64,000 nucleotides of DNA from Candidatus Woesearchaeota archaeon. Lineage in GTDB: Archaea > Nanobdellota > Nanobdellia > Woesearchaeales > UBA583. The DNA lies in assembly GCA_965205335.1 (NCBI GenBank), contig OZ242164.1, positions 288,001 through 352,000 of the forward strand, given 5' to 3'. The position numbers and the translations under genes are program-made. Below the pieces are notes generated by a model. It was not told the origin of the DNA, made no database searches, and saw only the letters and a list, made by a program, of their open reading frames with translations. Within the stretch, counting starts at the first letter, position 1, and every line of letters starts with the position of its first letter. Shown in pieces: positions 1 to 11,500 of this stretch.

Positions 1-1851
1 GGGGGGATTCCAAAAGAGATTGGTAATATGACAAACCTAAAAGAATTAGATTTATTTAGAAATAATATAGGAGGAAATATTCCTAAAGAGTTAGGAAGCC
101 TACCACAATTAAAAATGATTCTTCTTGACAGTTGTAATTTAACAGGAGAAATTCCAAAAGAATTAGCAAATTTAGGAAACTTAGAAGGACTTTATCTGGG
201 TGAAAACTATTTAAACGGAACTATTCCAAAATGGTTAGAAAACCTCACTAAACTGAGGAATCTTGATTTAGGTGGTAATAGATTAACAGGTAATATTCCA
301 AAGGAATTGGGAAATTTACAAAACTTGCGACTACTAGAATTATGGGGAAATATGTTAACAGGAGAAATTCCTAAAGAATTAGCAAATTTAGAACATTTAG
401 AAGAACTTATATTATCTCTTAATTATTTAACTGGGGAAATTCCTAAAGAATTGGGGAATTTAACAAATTTGAGAACACTTCGTTTGAATACTAATAATCT
501 AATAGGGGAAATCCCAAAAGAGTTAGGAAATCTATCCAAGATAACATGGCTCTTTTTACATAATAACAATTTAAACGGAAGCATTCCAGAAGAACTGGGA
601 AATTTACAAAACTTGCGAATACTAGAATTATGGGGAAATATGTTAACAGGAGAAATTCCTACAGAATTAGGAAATCTATCAAAATTAAAAGATCTTCATT
701 TGTATAACAATAATTTAAATGGAAGTATTCCTAAAGAGTTAGGAAATCTGACAAATTTGGTAGAACTTCGTCTGAACAATAATAATTTAACTGGGAGTAT
801 CCCAAAAGAGTTAGGAAATTCATCAGAAATGCTATACTTCCATTTGTATAATAATAATTTAAATGGAAGTATTCCAAAAGAATTAGGTAATTTCCCGAAT
901 TTGTTAGAACTTCGTCTGAACAATAATAGTTTAACTGGGGAAATTCCTAAAGAATTGGGAAAATTACCAAAGAATCTGTTAGTTAATATTATACACAACA
1001 ACCTAACAGGTTGCGCCCCATTTGTTAGACGTGTTAGACTAATAGCAGATTATTGGAATCCCAGATGCCCTCCACCAGCACCAGATCCTCCCAGAAGTGG
1101 AGGAGGTTCAGGAAGTGGAAGAAGCGGAGTTACATTGTACCCATGGGAACCACATGAATTTAAAATAAAAAATACTAAAACCAGTTCAACATGTGTAAAT
1201 GCAATAAACATAACATCAAATGAAAAAGTAAAGTTTGTAAAAGTAAGCGCTAAAAAGTCTAGAAAGAAACCATCCTCTATTGAAAATTCACCTGATGGAG
1301 ATATATTTGAATACTTTGAAATTGATGCAAAAAACATTCATAACCATCAAATATATGCCGCATTTATAATGTGTGTTTTAAGCAAAGAAGAAATTCCTCA
1401 AGAAAAAGATATAATAATATCAGGATATAATGAAGACAGTGGTGAATGGACAGACTTAGAAACAAAAGCAGTCAGTGAAACTGAAATTGATGTAACATAC
1501 TCTGCAAAGACATCAAATCTTTCATACTTACCATTTGTTGTAGCGGCAAGAGAGAAAGAAATCCCTCCTCCACTTCCTCTACTAATAATTGCTCCTGTTG
1601 AGGAGGAAGAGGAAGAAGAACCAATAGTTCACCAAGAAGAAATCAAAATAGAAACTAAAGAGGAAACAGACGAACAGGAAAACAAAGCAGAAGAAGATGA
1701 ACAAGAAGAAACAAATACAATTCCTCCACCTCCACTAGTATTTCCAGAGGAGAATGAATCAAGTTCATTCTTTCCTATATTAATCATCATCATAATACTT
1801 ATCTTAGTTTCAATATACATATTCATAAGAAGAAACAGAGAAATGTATTAA
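1..1851 (+). CDS. Leucine-rich repeat surface protein (24-aa plant-type LRRs) with PGF-pre-PGF-like domain and C-terminal TM anchor; 5' partial
   Basis: About 13 repeats of LxGxIPxELGxLxxLxxLxLxxNx. Frame is open from base 1 (GGIPKEIGN). C-terminal domain is homologous to those of the ORFs at 8596 and 15514; ends in a hydrophobic helix plus RRNR. Confidence 0.85.
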   Translation, partial: GGIPKEIGNMTNLKELDLFRNNIGGNIPKELGSLPQLKMILLDSCNLTGEIPKELANLGNLEGLYLGENYLNGTIPKWLENLTKLRNLDLGGNRLTGNIPKELGNLQNLRLLELWGNMLTGEIPKELANLEHLEELILSLNYLTGEIPKELGNLTNLRTLRLNTNNLIGEIPKELGNLSKITWLFLHNNNLNGSIPEELGNLQNLRILELWGNMLTGEIPTELGNLSKLKDLHLYNNNLNGSIPKELGNLTNLVELRLNNNNLTGSIPKELGNSSEMLYFHLYNNNLNGSIPKELGNFPNLLELRLNNNSLTGEIPKELGKLPKNLLVNIIHNNLTGCAPFVRRVRLIADYWNPRCPPPAPDPPRSGGGSGSGRSGVTLYPWEPHEFKIKNTKTSSTCVNAINITSNEKVKFVKVSAKKSRKKPSSIENSPDGDIFEYFEIDAKNIHNHQIYAAFIMCVLSKEEIPQEKDIIISGYNEDSGEWTDLETKAVSETEIDVTYSAKTSNLSYLPFVVAAREKEIPPPLPLLIIAPVEEEEEEEPIVHQEEIKIETKEETDEQENKAEEDEQEETNTIPPPPLVFPEENESSSFFPILIIIIILILVSIYIFIRRNREMY

Positions 1852-1923
1852 AATTCTATTTTTACCATTATTTTAATGAATAAAAAATTTTGAAAAAAGT
1901 AAACAAAACACAAAATGTCAGAA

Positions 1924-4032
1924 CTACTTCTTAGAAATCTCTGTTATAGCATCTTCAAACATCTTAGAACTAACGCTAATCTTAGAATTAGAACCCTTCT
2001 TTCTTCCCCTTATTGCACTAAGACCTGCCTTTTGACAAATTCCCTCTATCTGTGCTCCTGAAATCTTATCCGTACTTTTAGCCAACTTCTTCAAATCAAC
2101 ATTTTTATCAAGAGGCATATTCTTTGTATGAATCTTAAAAATCTCAAACCTTGTATTCTCATCCGGAAGTCCAATCTCAACAATTGAATCCAGACGCCCA
2201 GATCTCTTTAAAGCATCATCCACCAAATCAGCCCTGTTAGTTGCGGCAATAATGCTAACTCCAGTTAACTCCTCAACACCATCAAGCTCTGTCAATAACT
2301 GATTAACTATTTTATCATTAACATTATTTGAATGTCCTCCTCGAACTGTTGCAATTGAATCAAACTCATCAAAAAAAATAACAGTTGGAGCAACCTGTTT
2401 TGCCTTCTTAAAAATCTCACGAACTGCCTTTTCTGACTCCCCAACCCATTTACTGACCAACTCAGGACCCTTAACAGAAATAAAATTTGCCTCACATTCA
2501 GTAGCAACTGCCTTTGCAAGAAGAGTCTTACCAGTTCCCGAAGGACCCGTCAATAAAACTCCCTTTGGAGCACTAATCCCAACCTCCTTAAAAACCAGGG
2601 GTTCTTTCAAAGGCATCTCAACCATCTCTTTTAACGAACGCTTAGCATCACTCAAACCCCCAATATCATCCCACCTGACATTAGGCCTTCTAATTAAAAC
2701 CTCACGCATAGCCGATGGCTCAACCTTATTTAATGCTTCCATAAAATGAGTATTATTAATCCTAATATGCTCAAGAGATTCTGTTGGAATCCTATCATCA
2801 AACTTAACCAAATCAGGAATCCACTTCTTTAACGCCTTCATAGCAGCTTCCTTAGATAAAACCTCTAAATCTGCTCCTGTAAAACCATGTGAAATATCAG
2901 CAATTCTCTTCAAACTCACATCCTTATCAAGCGGCATACCACGGGTATGAACATCAAGAATCTCAAGCCTTCCATCCCTTGAAGGAGGATTAATTGCAAT
3001 CTCTCTATCAAACCTTCCCGGACGTCTCAATGCAGAGTCAATTGAATTAGGTCTGTTAGTTGCAGCAATAACAACAACATTCCCACGCCCCTTAAGTCCA
3101 TCCATAAGAGTTAGAAGTTGAGCAACAATTCTTCTCTCAGCCTCACCTGAAACCTCATCACGACTTGGAGCAATAGAATCAATCTCATCAATAAAAACAA
3201 TTGCCGGACTGTTCTTCTCAGCCTCCTCAAAAATCTCACGAAGTTGCTTCTCTGATTCCCCATAATACTTACTCATAATCTCTGGACCATTAATAACCTT
3301 AAAATGAGCATCAAGTTCATTCGCCAAAGCCTTTGCAAGAAGAGTCTTACCTGTCCCAGGAGGTCCATACAGCAAAACACCCTTAGGCGGACTAATGCCT
3401 ATTCTCTCAAACACCTCAGGATGCTTCATAGGAATCTCAATCATCTCACGAATATCCTCAACTTCCTCCTTCAAACCCCCAATATCATCATATGTAATAC
3501 TTGGAACTTTCAAATCCTTAGGCTCTGTAACCTTAGATGAAACTCTAAGATTAGTATTTGATGTAACCCGAACAAAACCCTTTGGACTTGTTTTTGACAC
3601 AATATAATGCAAAGTTGTTCCCATAATATTAAAACTCACAACATTACCCTTAGTCAAAGCCTTTCCAACTAATTTATTCAGAAAAATAGGAGTTGGATCC
3701 CCTGTAAACTTCCAGTCATTTGTTGGAGCAATCTCAATAGACTTTGCAACACTAACTAAAGCCTTAGAAACACTAACCTTATCACCAAGAGAAACACCAC
3801 AATTTGAACGAATAGAAGAATCCATCCTAACAATATCCAATCCTTCATCCTCAGGCTTTGATTTTAAAACCTTAGCTAAAGTCTCAGACTTAGCACTCAA
3901 AACAACATAATCCCCCTCACTAATACTAAGATTATCCAAAGCTTTCAAATCAAGCCTGACAACCCCCTGTCCAATATCCTCATGATACGTTTCAGCTACA
4001 CTCAAAGACATCTCCTTTTTATCTTCACCCAT
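1924..4032 (-). CDS. cdc48: CDC48/VCP family AAA+ ATPase
   Basis: N-domain plus two AAA modules ([13 protein letters not shown]; [13 protein letters not shown]) and SRH motif ALRRPGRFD. Confidence 0.95.
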   Translation of the reverse strand: MGEDKKEMSLSVAETYHEDIGQGVVRLDLKALDNLSISEGDYVVLSAKSETLAKVLKSKPEDEGLDIVRMDSSIRSNCGVSLGDKVSVSKALVSVAKSIEIAPTNDWKFTGDPTPIFLNKLVGKALTKGNVVSFNIMGTTLHYIVSKTSPKGFVRVTSNTNLRVSSKVTEPKDLKVPSITYDDIGGLKEEVEDIREMIEIPMKHPEVFERIGISPPKGVLLYGPPGTGKTLLAKALANELDAHFKVINGPEIMSKYYGESEKQLREIFEEAEKNSPAIVFIDEIDSIAPSRDEVSGEAERRIVAQLLTLMDGLKGRGNVVVIAATNRPNSIDSALRRPGRFDREIAINPPSRDGRLEILDVHTRGMPLDKDVSLKRIADISHGFTGADLEVLSKEAAMKALKKWIPDLVKFDDRIPTESLEHIRINNTHFMEALNKVEPSAMREVLIRRPNVRWDDIGGLSDAKRSLKEMVEMPLKEPLVFKEVGISAPKGVLLTGPSGTGKTLLAKAVATECEANFISVKGPELVSKWVGESEKAVREIFKKAKQVAPTVIFFDEFDSIATVRGGHSNNVNDKIVNQLLTELDGVEELTGVSIIAATNRADLVDDALKRSGRLDSIVEIGLPDENTRFEIFKIHTKNMPLDKNVDLKKLAKSTDKISGAQIEGICQKAGLSAIRGRKKGSNSKISVSSKMFEDAITEISKK

Positions 4033-4164
4033 TTGCCATAAACCTCTTCTAAATATAAAAATAGATAATACTCTTTTATTTATAAATTTTTTCTCAAAAC
4101 CGAAAGAAACCTAAAAGAATTAGGATTTGTGAAAAAACAATTACGAAAAACAAAAATAACAACC

Positions 4165-4512
4165 TTATACTTCTATGTTTTTTAGAAGAACATTGTTTAT
4201 ATAGTCTAAAATTTCTTTTGTTGATTCAGATTGTTTTTCAATTAATTGCCATTTTTCATCACGACTTAGTTTTATGATTTCTTTTTCTCTTCTTTTTCCT
4301 TCAGATTGGTCCTGTACCTCTTCTTGATATATCATTTCTTTAAATCCTTGTATTTTGATGTATCTTGCTGCGCTTCTTCCTCTATTGTAATGTTGCATCA
4401 TTCTTCTGAATGAGTTATTTGTTTCTCCAACATATATAGTATTATTTTTGCATAGTACCATATATACGTAGTGTTTGCGGCGTCCTCTTTTTCTTCTTAT
4501 ATTTTGATTCAT
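4165..4512 (-). CDS. Small GIY-YIG nuclease family protein (UPF0213-like)
   Basis: HYVYMV...IYVGET...RRMMQH...REKEI pattern. Confidence 0.75.
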   Translation of the reverse strand: MNQNIRRKRGRRKHYVYMVLCKNNTIYVGETNNSFRRMMQHYNRGRSAARYIKIQGFKEMIYQEEVQDQSEGKRREKEIIKLSRDEKWQLIEKQSESTKEILDYINNVLLKNIEV

Positions 4513-4649
4513 AACTTATCAGTAATAACTCCATATTTATAAATTTATTTTTTCACAGGGTCTCTAAAAGTTAACAGAACCAAATAACAATAAAATTTAA
4601 AAAGACAACTTAGATTATTATTTTAGAGGCAGATTCTATATATTCAAAT

Positions 4650-4731
4650 GCTGAGGTCGCATAGTCTGGTATTGCGCGGGCCTGCTAAGTCCGTTCCTTT
4701 GGAATCGCGGGTTCAAATCCCGTCCTCAGCG
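4650..4731 (+). tRNA. tRNA-Ser(GCT), no intron, CCA not encoded
   Basis: Acceptor stem GCTGAGG/CCTCAGC, discriminator G, anticodon arm CGGGC-CTGCTAA-GTCCG, long variable arm TTCCTTTGGAA, T-loop TTCAAAT. Confidence 0.95.
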
Positions 4732-4893
4732 TATTAGAACTATTAAAATTAATAATTTTTTCACTTCATTAAACCTACATCCTAAAAAATTCTTTCCTGT
4801 GACAACCTGACAAGAACTATCTAAATCTAAACCTCATAATCAAAAACGAACCTAAAGTACATAAAAAGAGAGAAAAAAAGATTAGAAACATTC

Positions 4894-7071
4894 CTATATG
4901 AAAAACAAAGTAATTACAATTAAAACGAGTATAAGCAAAATTCCACAAACTAAGTAGAATGTGACTATATCAAAAGTAACACCAAAAATCGTAATCAAAT
5001 CTCCTGTATCTTGGGTTATCTTAATATCTTCAACTGAAATGGAAACCTCATCTACAACAAAAGCCTCGCCTTCCGACAACGTTATATTTTCTCCATTTAC
5101 TTCAAGTGACACATTATTCTCCTCAACTAAAACTGCCTTAATACTCTGAGATTTTCCATTAACTTCAATAACTAAAGACTCTCCCTGAGCCAACTCAAGC
5201 AATTCATCCTCAATCATAATCTCTACAACTCTATTAGAATCTATTTCATCACCCTCTCCGAAAATAGTTGGGGGCTGCGTATCTACTACAGCTTTATTAC
5301 ATCCAGTAACCCTTAAATTACTTGTTCTTGTTTCAACCAGTCCATTAAACCTAACTCTTTGCTCAACAACATATGAACCATCATCAAGACCTTCCAGACG
5401 AAGTGCAGAATTATCCTGAGTTGAATCATCTACATACAAATCTACAAGCCCACTTTTAACTTGTATCTTTTCTCCAACAACTTCTGTCTCAAACTGCACC
5501 TTCTCATCAAATCTTCCAAGATTTTTAACCTTCATAAAAGAAAACACAGTACCCCCACACTTAACAACACCAGGAGTAACACCATAACTCTCTATCTTAA
5601 TATTATGATTAGCCCTTCTAATCTCCACATCTTCAAGCTCAACTAAATCTCCATCATCATACCTTACCCTAACCTCTAAAGTATGAGTACCATCTCTTGC
5701 CCCCTCTGGAATATGAAACCTCAAAAACTCACTATGTTCTGAATTTGAATCCAAATCAAAAGGTGAATTTGACTCAATAATATCTGAATTATCAATATCT
5801 ACATTTCTCAACTTACCTGTAACTCTAATATTATCCTCAAACCTTGAACCACTATTTACAATTACAACCTCAACATTTAGATTCTGTCCAGGAACAACTG
5901 TCTCAGGAACCACAACAGGTGTTTTTATATATAAATCACTTGTAACTCTTAACTCTAAAGTCAAATCATCATATCTTTTGTTTCCTATCTCTGAAACTGC
6001 TCTAATCTTAGCACTATAAGTTCCACTAGGAGTATCAGTTGGAATATCAATAATAACTTCAACATCATCCTCTTCATCAACATCTAAATCAACACTTGAA
6101 GGATGAAATGACACAATAGACTTAGGCAGAGTTCTATCTGAAAACCTCTCCTCAAAATCTCCATCTAATTCAAATTCAATATTATCAACTCTTATATTCC
6201 CATTATTAATAACTTCAAACTCAACATTAGAAACAGAATCTCCAGTTTCCCCTCTAACTTTAATAATTGTCTCATCTATATCAATCTCCTCATTTCCTCC
6301 TCCCACATCAAGTTCTATATCAAACTCAACATCTGCTAACTGATCTGATGAAACTGTCATAGTTCCCTCATAAATATCCCCTCTAATATCACGTGGAACA
6401 TCAATATCAATTCTAATACTTCTTGACCTCCCTGCACGTAAATCAAATTTCTTATCATTACTATCATCAATAGAAATTTCATCCCTATCAATATTATCTC
6501 CACTATCAAGCCCTTCAAGATCGCTAAACTCTACTCTAACATTTTCTAAATCAATCTGACCTTTATTCTTGATTCTAAAAGTATGAGAATCTTCCTCATC
6601 AATTTCCCCTTCCATCTCTAAAATATCATTCTCATTATCATCCTCTAAAGTCAAAACAGAAGAACCTGATTCCCTAACAGAAAGATTCACTAAAGTTGTA
6701 GCATTAAGAGAAGAATTCGTTCTTGATCTGAATGTAATACTTCCTATATAAACTCCCTCTGTTGAAGGAGCAGTGTATACAAAGACAACATTACTTGTAT
6801 CTCCTGCTTCTAGATCATTTACTGAAGAAGGAGTAGGTGTTAGTTTAATAGTCTTTGAACCATTTTTCGGATTTGCTATCTTAAATCTTATATCCAATTC
6901 CTCATCCCCTATATTTGATACAGTCACACTAAATGCCTCTGAATTACTAAAATCTACACTCTTGCTAATAGATAGAGTCACAGTGAAATTCGCAGCAGCA
7001 CTCACTAATGCCAAAGATAATAAAATACCAAGCAAAGCGCCCATAAATGTTGAAATTGCAATTTTTTTCAT
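4894..7071 (-). CDS. Putative S-layer-like multi-Ig-domain surface protein
   Basis: N-terminal signal peptide, repeated acidic beta-sandwich motifs (V.N.G; IP...P.GTY), C-terminal TM helix. Confidence 0.6.
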   Translation of the reverse strand: MKKIAISTFMGALLGILLSLALVSAAANFTVTLSISKSVDFSNSEAFSVTVSNIGDEELDIRFKIANPKNGSKTIKLTPTPSSVNDLEAGDTSNVVFVYTAPSTEGVYIGSITFRSRTNSSLNATTLVNLSVRESGSSVLTLEDDNENDILEMEGEIDEEDSHTFRIKNKGQIDLENVRVEFSDLEGLDSGDNIDRDEISIDDSNDKKFDLRAGRSRSIRIDIDVPRDIRGDIYEGTMTVSSDQLADVEFDIELDVGGGNEEIDIDETIIKVRGETGDSVSNVEFEVINNGNIRVDNIEFELDGDFEERFSDRTLPKSIVSFHPSSVDLDVDEEDDVEVIIDIPTDTPSGTYSAKIRAVSEIGNKRYDDLTLELRVTSDLYIKTPVVVPETVVPGQNLNVEVVIVNSGSRFEDNIRVTGKLRNVDIDNSDIIESNSPFDLDSNSEHSEFLRFHIPEGARDGTHTLEVRVRYDDGDLVELEDVEIRRANHNIKIESYGVTPGVVKCGGTVFSFMKVKNLGRFDEKVQFETEVVGEKIQVKSGLVDLYVDDSTQDNSALRLEGLDDGSYVVEQRVRFNGLVETRTSNLRVTGCNKAVVDTQPPTIFGEGDEIDSNRVVEIMIEDELLELAQGESLVIEVNGKSQSIKAVLVEENNVSLEVNGENITLSEGEAFVVDEVSISVEDIKITQDTGDLITIFGVTFDIVTFYLVCGILLILVLIVITLFFI

Positions 7072-7321
7072 TTTCCCATAACTATAATATATTATAATTT
7101 GTTAATTGTTATTACTACTTAATAATTACTAATTTATAAAGCTTTTGATTTAGTTCATCCCTTCTAAAAACTCCAAAAACCTAAGATTCTCCTAAAAAAT
7201 CATGCAAACCCCTACTATAAAGACTTCAAAACAAACATAAAAACTGCACAATCCACACCCTAAACAGAAAGCCTACTCTTATACAAAAATTCAAAATATC
7301 CACAAATAATCAGTACTAAAA

Positions 7322-7329
7322 TTTATAAA
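7322..7329 (+). promoter_or_regulatory. Archaeal TATA box (probably leaderless transcript)
   Basis: TTTATAAA ending about 23 nt upstream of ATG 7352. Confidence 0.5.
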
Positions 7330-7351
7330 CTACAAAATTAAAGAAAATAAT

Positions 7352-7897
7352 ATGAGAAAAAAAGATGATAAATTAATCAACTACTTTCTCTACATAGGAT
7401 ACATCTTAATTCTTGTGATAGTTATCTCAATGTTCGTTTTAACAAGCAAAATTGTCTTCTCGAACTCTACCACACTAGGTCATGTTATAGAAACCAAAAA
7501 CTTGCTTGAGGATATTGAAGAAACTCAGAAAGTCGCTGAAAAAAACATTGAAAAAAACAATAACCTAACTGTGGATTTATATGAGAGAAAATATAATTTT
7601 AATGACTTCCCATCTCAGATTGTTGACTTCTCATATTTAAACATCAATGAAAACAAAACATTTATAACGCTCCACATTACAGATAACATCAAAGAAAGAG
7701 AAGGAGTTTATTACTTCAGTAACAAAAGCCTGATTGAAAGAAGAGATAAGATAGCATACCTCAAAGAATTTCAGATATACATAGGAGAATTTATCTCCCA
7801 GAAAGATAACACATATAATATAAAAAGCAAAGATGCAATAGAGAAAGTTCCACAAATAAATGTCCTGGGAAAGATACTCTATATCAAAAATGATTGA
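7352..7897 (+). CDS. Hypothetical membrane-anchored protein
   Basis: N-terminal TM helix; overlaps the start of endA, suggesting an operon. Confidence 0.6.
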   Translation: MRKKDDKLINYFLYIGYILILVIVISMFVLTSKIVFSNSTTLGHVIETKNLLEDIEETQKVAEKNIEKNNNLTVDLYERKYNFNDFPSQIVDFSYLNINENKTFITLHITDNIKEREGVYYFSNKSLIERRDKIAYLKEFQIYIGEFISQKDNTYNIKSKDAIEKVPQINVLGKILYIKND

Positions 7898-8390
7898 AAC
7901 TAAACTGATTAGAGGACAAATCATATTAAAAGAAAGAGACTTTCAGAGATTGTACTCTAAAGGATTTGGCGAAAAAACCGGAAAACTGTTTATTCTTAAT
8001 TCAAACGAAACATTATACCTCTTAGAAAAAGGAAAAATCAATGTATTAGACTTTAGGCAAAAATCTATTGGATTTGAAGAATTACTAAAAAAACTAAAAG
8101 TTGACTATAACAAATACTTAGTATTCTCTGATTTAGTTCGTAAAGGAAATAAAGTAAAATCAGCTCTCAAATACGGCTTTGATTTTAGAGTTTATGAAAA
8201 AGGAACTAACATAAAAAACGGACACTCTAAGTGGTTAGTTATAATTAAGAAGAGTACTGATAACATTAACCTAACAGACTTTGCTGCAAAAATCAGAGTT
8301 GCCCATTCAAGCAAAAAAAATGTTCTTATTGCATGTGTTGATTCTCAAAAAGATATCACATATTTTGAATCCAACTGGAAAAAGATTTAA
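7890..8390 (+). CDS. endA: tRNA-intron endonuclease, catalytic subunit
   Basis: KYGFDFRVY (Tyr), GHSKW (His) and RVAHSSKK (Lys) match the catalytic triad context. Likely start is ATG 7890 (MIETK) rather than 7860. Confidence 0.9.
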   Translation: MIETKLIRGQIILKERDFQRLYSKGFGEKTGKLFILNSNETLYLLEKGKINVLDFRQKSIGFEELLKKLKVDYNKYLVFSDLVRKGNKVKSALKYGFDFRVYEKGTNIKNGHSKWLVIIKKSTDNINLTDFAAKIRVAHSSKKNVLIACVDSQKDITYFESNWKKI

Positions 8391-8595
8391 TTCAATCACT
8401 TCCTAATTAAAACAATATATTTTAAATTGTATAAATTCTTTTATAAATAAAAAAACTCATTAAAGAAAATATAATTTTGAAAGAGAATTAAAATTAACCT
8501 CAAACAACAATAACCTAACGAGATTAAATTCGCAATGCTTAGTATTTATAAATTAATACAAATATTTAAAACACTACTTTACATCCTTAATTATT

Positions 8596-11500
8596 ATGTT
8601 TACAAGGAATATTTCTATTTCCTTGGAGGAGGGATATATGAAGTTATATGTACTCTTCTCACTCTTATTTGTAATCAGTTTTATGAGTAGTAGTTTTGTA
8701 TATGCTACTAACGTAGAAATTATTCCACTAGGGAATATTGAAGATAATTTAGAATTGGATGCTGCTGCTGATATTTTTATTAAAGATGGATTGGCGTATG
8801 TTACAGGAAATATTGATGACGGGGTTCAGATTTTGAATGTCTCAAACCCAAATAAAATTATTCCTCTGGGGCACATCAAAGATAGTAACATTCTGGAATT
8901 GAATGGGGCTGCGGGTATTTTTGTTGAAGATGGATTGGCGTATGTTGCAGGAAATGATGATAACGGGGTTCAGATTTTGAATGTCTCAAACCCAAATAAT
9001 ATTATACCATTGGGGTATATTAGAGCTAATAGCAATCTGGCATTGTATGGGGCTGCTGATATCTATGTTGAAGACGGATTAGCATATGTTACAGGTAATG
9101 ATGATAACGGAGTTCAGATTTTGAATGTGTCAAACCCAAATAATATTGTACCATTAGGAAATATCAAAGATAGTAACATTCTGGAATTGCATGGGGCTGC
9201 TGATATATATGTTGAAGACGGATTAGCGTATGTTACAGGGAATACTGATAACGGGGTTCAGATTTTGAATGTGTCAAACCCAAATAATATTGTCCCATTA
9301 GAGTATATCAGAGATAATAGCAGTCTGGAATTGAATGGTAGTGCTGGTATCTATGTTGAAAATGGATTGGCATACATTACTGGTGCTAATGACAATGGAG
9401 TTCAGATTTTGAATGTATCAAACCCAAATAATATTGTACCATTAGGAAATATCAAAGATAGTAACAGTTTGGAACTGAATGGTAGTGCTGGTATCTATAT
9501 TGAAAGTGGATTGGCGTATGTTACTGGTTACAATGATGATGGGGTTCAAATTTTGAATATATCAAACCCAAATAACATTGTCCCATTAGGAAATATCAAA
9601 GATAATAACAGTTTGGAACTGAATGGGGCTGCTGATATATATGTTGAAAATGGGTTGGCGTATGTCACAGGGAATATTGATGATGGTGTTCAGATTTTAG
9701 ATGTTAGCGATCCCAATAACATTGTCCCATTAGATAATTTTGATGACTACAGTTTATCACTGGATACTCCCAGAAATATTCTTGTTGAAGATGAATTAGC
9801 TTATGTTACCAGTTATTACGGATTTGGAATCCAGATTTTAAACGTCAGTAACCCAAATAATATTATCCCATTAGATAATATTAATGATAATATACACAAT
9901 GATGTATTGTTAAGGGGTGCTGTTAGTATTCATGTTGAAGATGGATTAGCTTATGTCTCAAGTAATCTTGATAAGGCAGTTCAGATTTTAAATGTCAGTA
10001 ATCCAAATAATATTATCCCATTAGATAATATTAAAGATGATGATAATTTGAGATTGGATTTTTCTCATGGTATGGATGTTAAAGATGGATTGGCGTATGT
10101 TACCAATTATATTGGTGCTGGTGGAATTCAGATTTTAAATGTCAGTAATCCAAATAATATTACTCCTTTAGGTAGTATCGGAGATAATGGTAGTTTAGAA
10201 TTGAGCGGTGCTTATGATATTTGGGTTGAAGATGAATTGGCATATGTTGCTAGTATTTATGATAATGGAGTTCAGATTTTAAATGTCAGTAATCCAAATA
10301 ATATTACTCCCTTAGACAATATCAAAGACAGTAATGATCTGGAATTGAATGGTGTCAGAAGTATTTATGTTAAAGACAAATTGGCTTATGTTGCTAGTAC
10401 TTTTTATAATGGAATTCATATATTTAATGTCAGCAATCCCAACAATATTACTCATTTAGATAGTATTAAAGATGATGTGAAATTAAGTAGTCCTTGGGAT
10501 ATTTATGTTGAAGACAACTTGGCTTATGTCACTGTTTATGATGATGGTGATTTTATGGATAATGGAGTTGTGATTTTAGATGTCAGTGATCCCAATAACA
10601 TTACTTACTTAACAAGAATTACTGATAATGAGAATTTAAAATTGAAAGGAGCTTATGGTATTTATGTCAAAGATGGATTGGCGTATGTTACTGGTAACCT
10701 TGATGATGGTGTTCAGATTCTTAAGATATCTATAAGTGGGGTTTGCGGGGCAAACAATAATGTCTGTACTATGGGAAATATGCAAGATACAGTAGATAAT
10801 TCCACTCACTATCTATGGAATTGTAATGGGATAAATGGAGGAGATAATGTTATGTGTAGCAAACCAACTCATGTTAATGGAGTATGTGGAACAAACAATA
10901 ATATCTGCACAACTGGAATTCTAGAAGATACAGTAGATAATTCCACTCACTATCTATGGAACTGTAATGGAATAAGTGGGGGGACAGATGATTCGTGTAG
11001 TCTGGGGATTCCTCCTATTGTAAATGGAGTATGTGAAGTAAATAATAATGCATGTACAACTGGAAATCCAAATGATAAAACAGATAATTCAACTCACTAT
11101 CTATGGGATTGTAACGGAATAAATGGAGGAACTAACGCTTCTTGTAACAAACTAATCCCTATAAATGGAGTATGTGGAGGAAATAATAATTCTTGTACAA
11201 TGGGAAATCTAAATGATACACCTGACAATTCAACTCATTATCTGTGGGACTGTAATGGGTTAAATGAAGGAAATAATGCTTCATGTAATGAAGTGATTCC
11301 TCCTATAATAAACGGAGTCTGTGGAGGAAATAATAATTCTTGTACAATGGGAAATCTAAATGATACAAATGATAATTCAACTCACTACCTATGGGATTGT
11401 AACGGAATAAATGGTGGAACAGATGATACATGTAGTCTGGTTATTCCTCCTATAATAAACGGAGTCTGTGGAACAAGTAACAATGCTTGTACAACGGGAA

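Noticed and set aside
1924-1990. Cdc48 lacks a C-terminal HbYX tail
   Set aside because: Archaeal Cdc48 paralogs vary at the C-terminus, so it is not informative without the rest of the genome.
4650-4731. tRNA-Ser as an integration site for the defence island
   Set aside because: No duplicated tRNA 3' end or integrase was found in the window.
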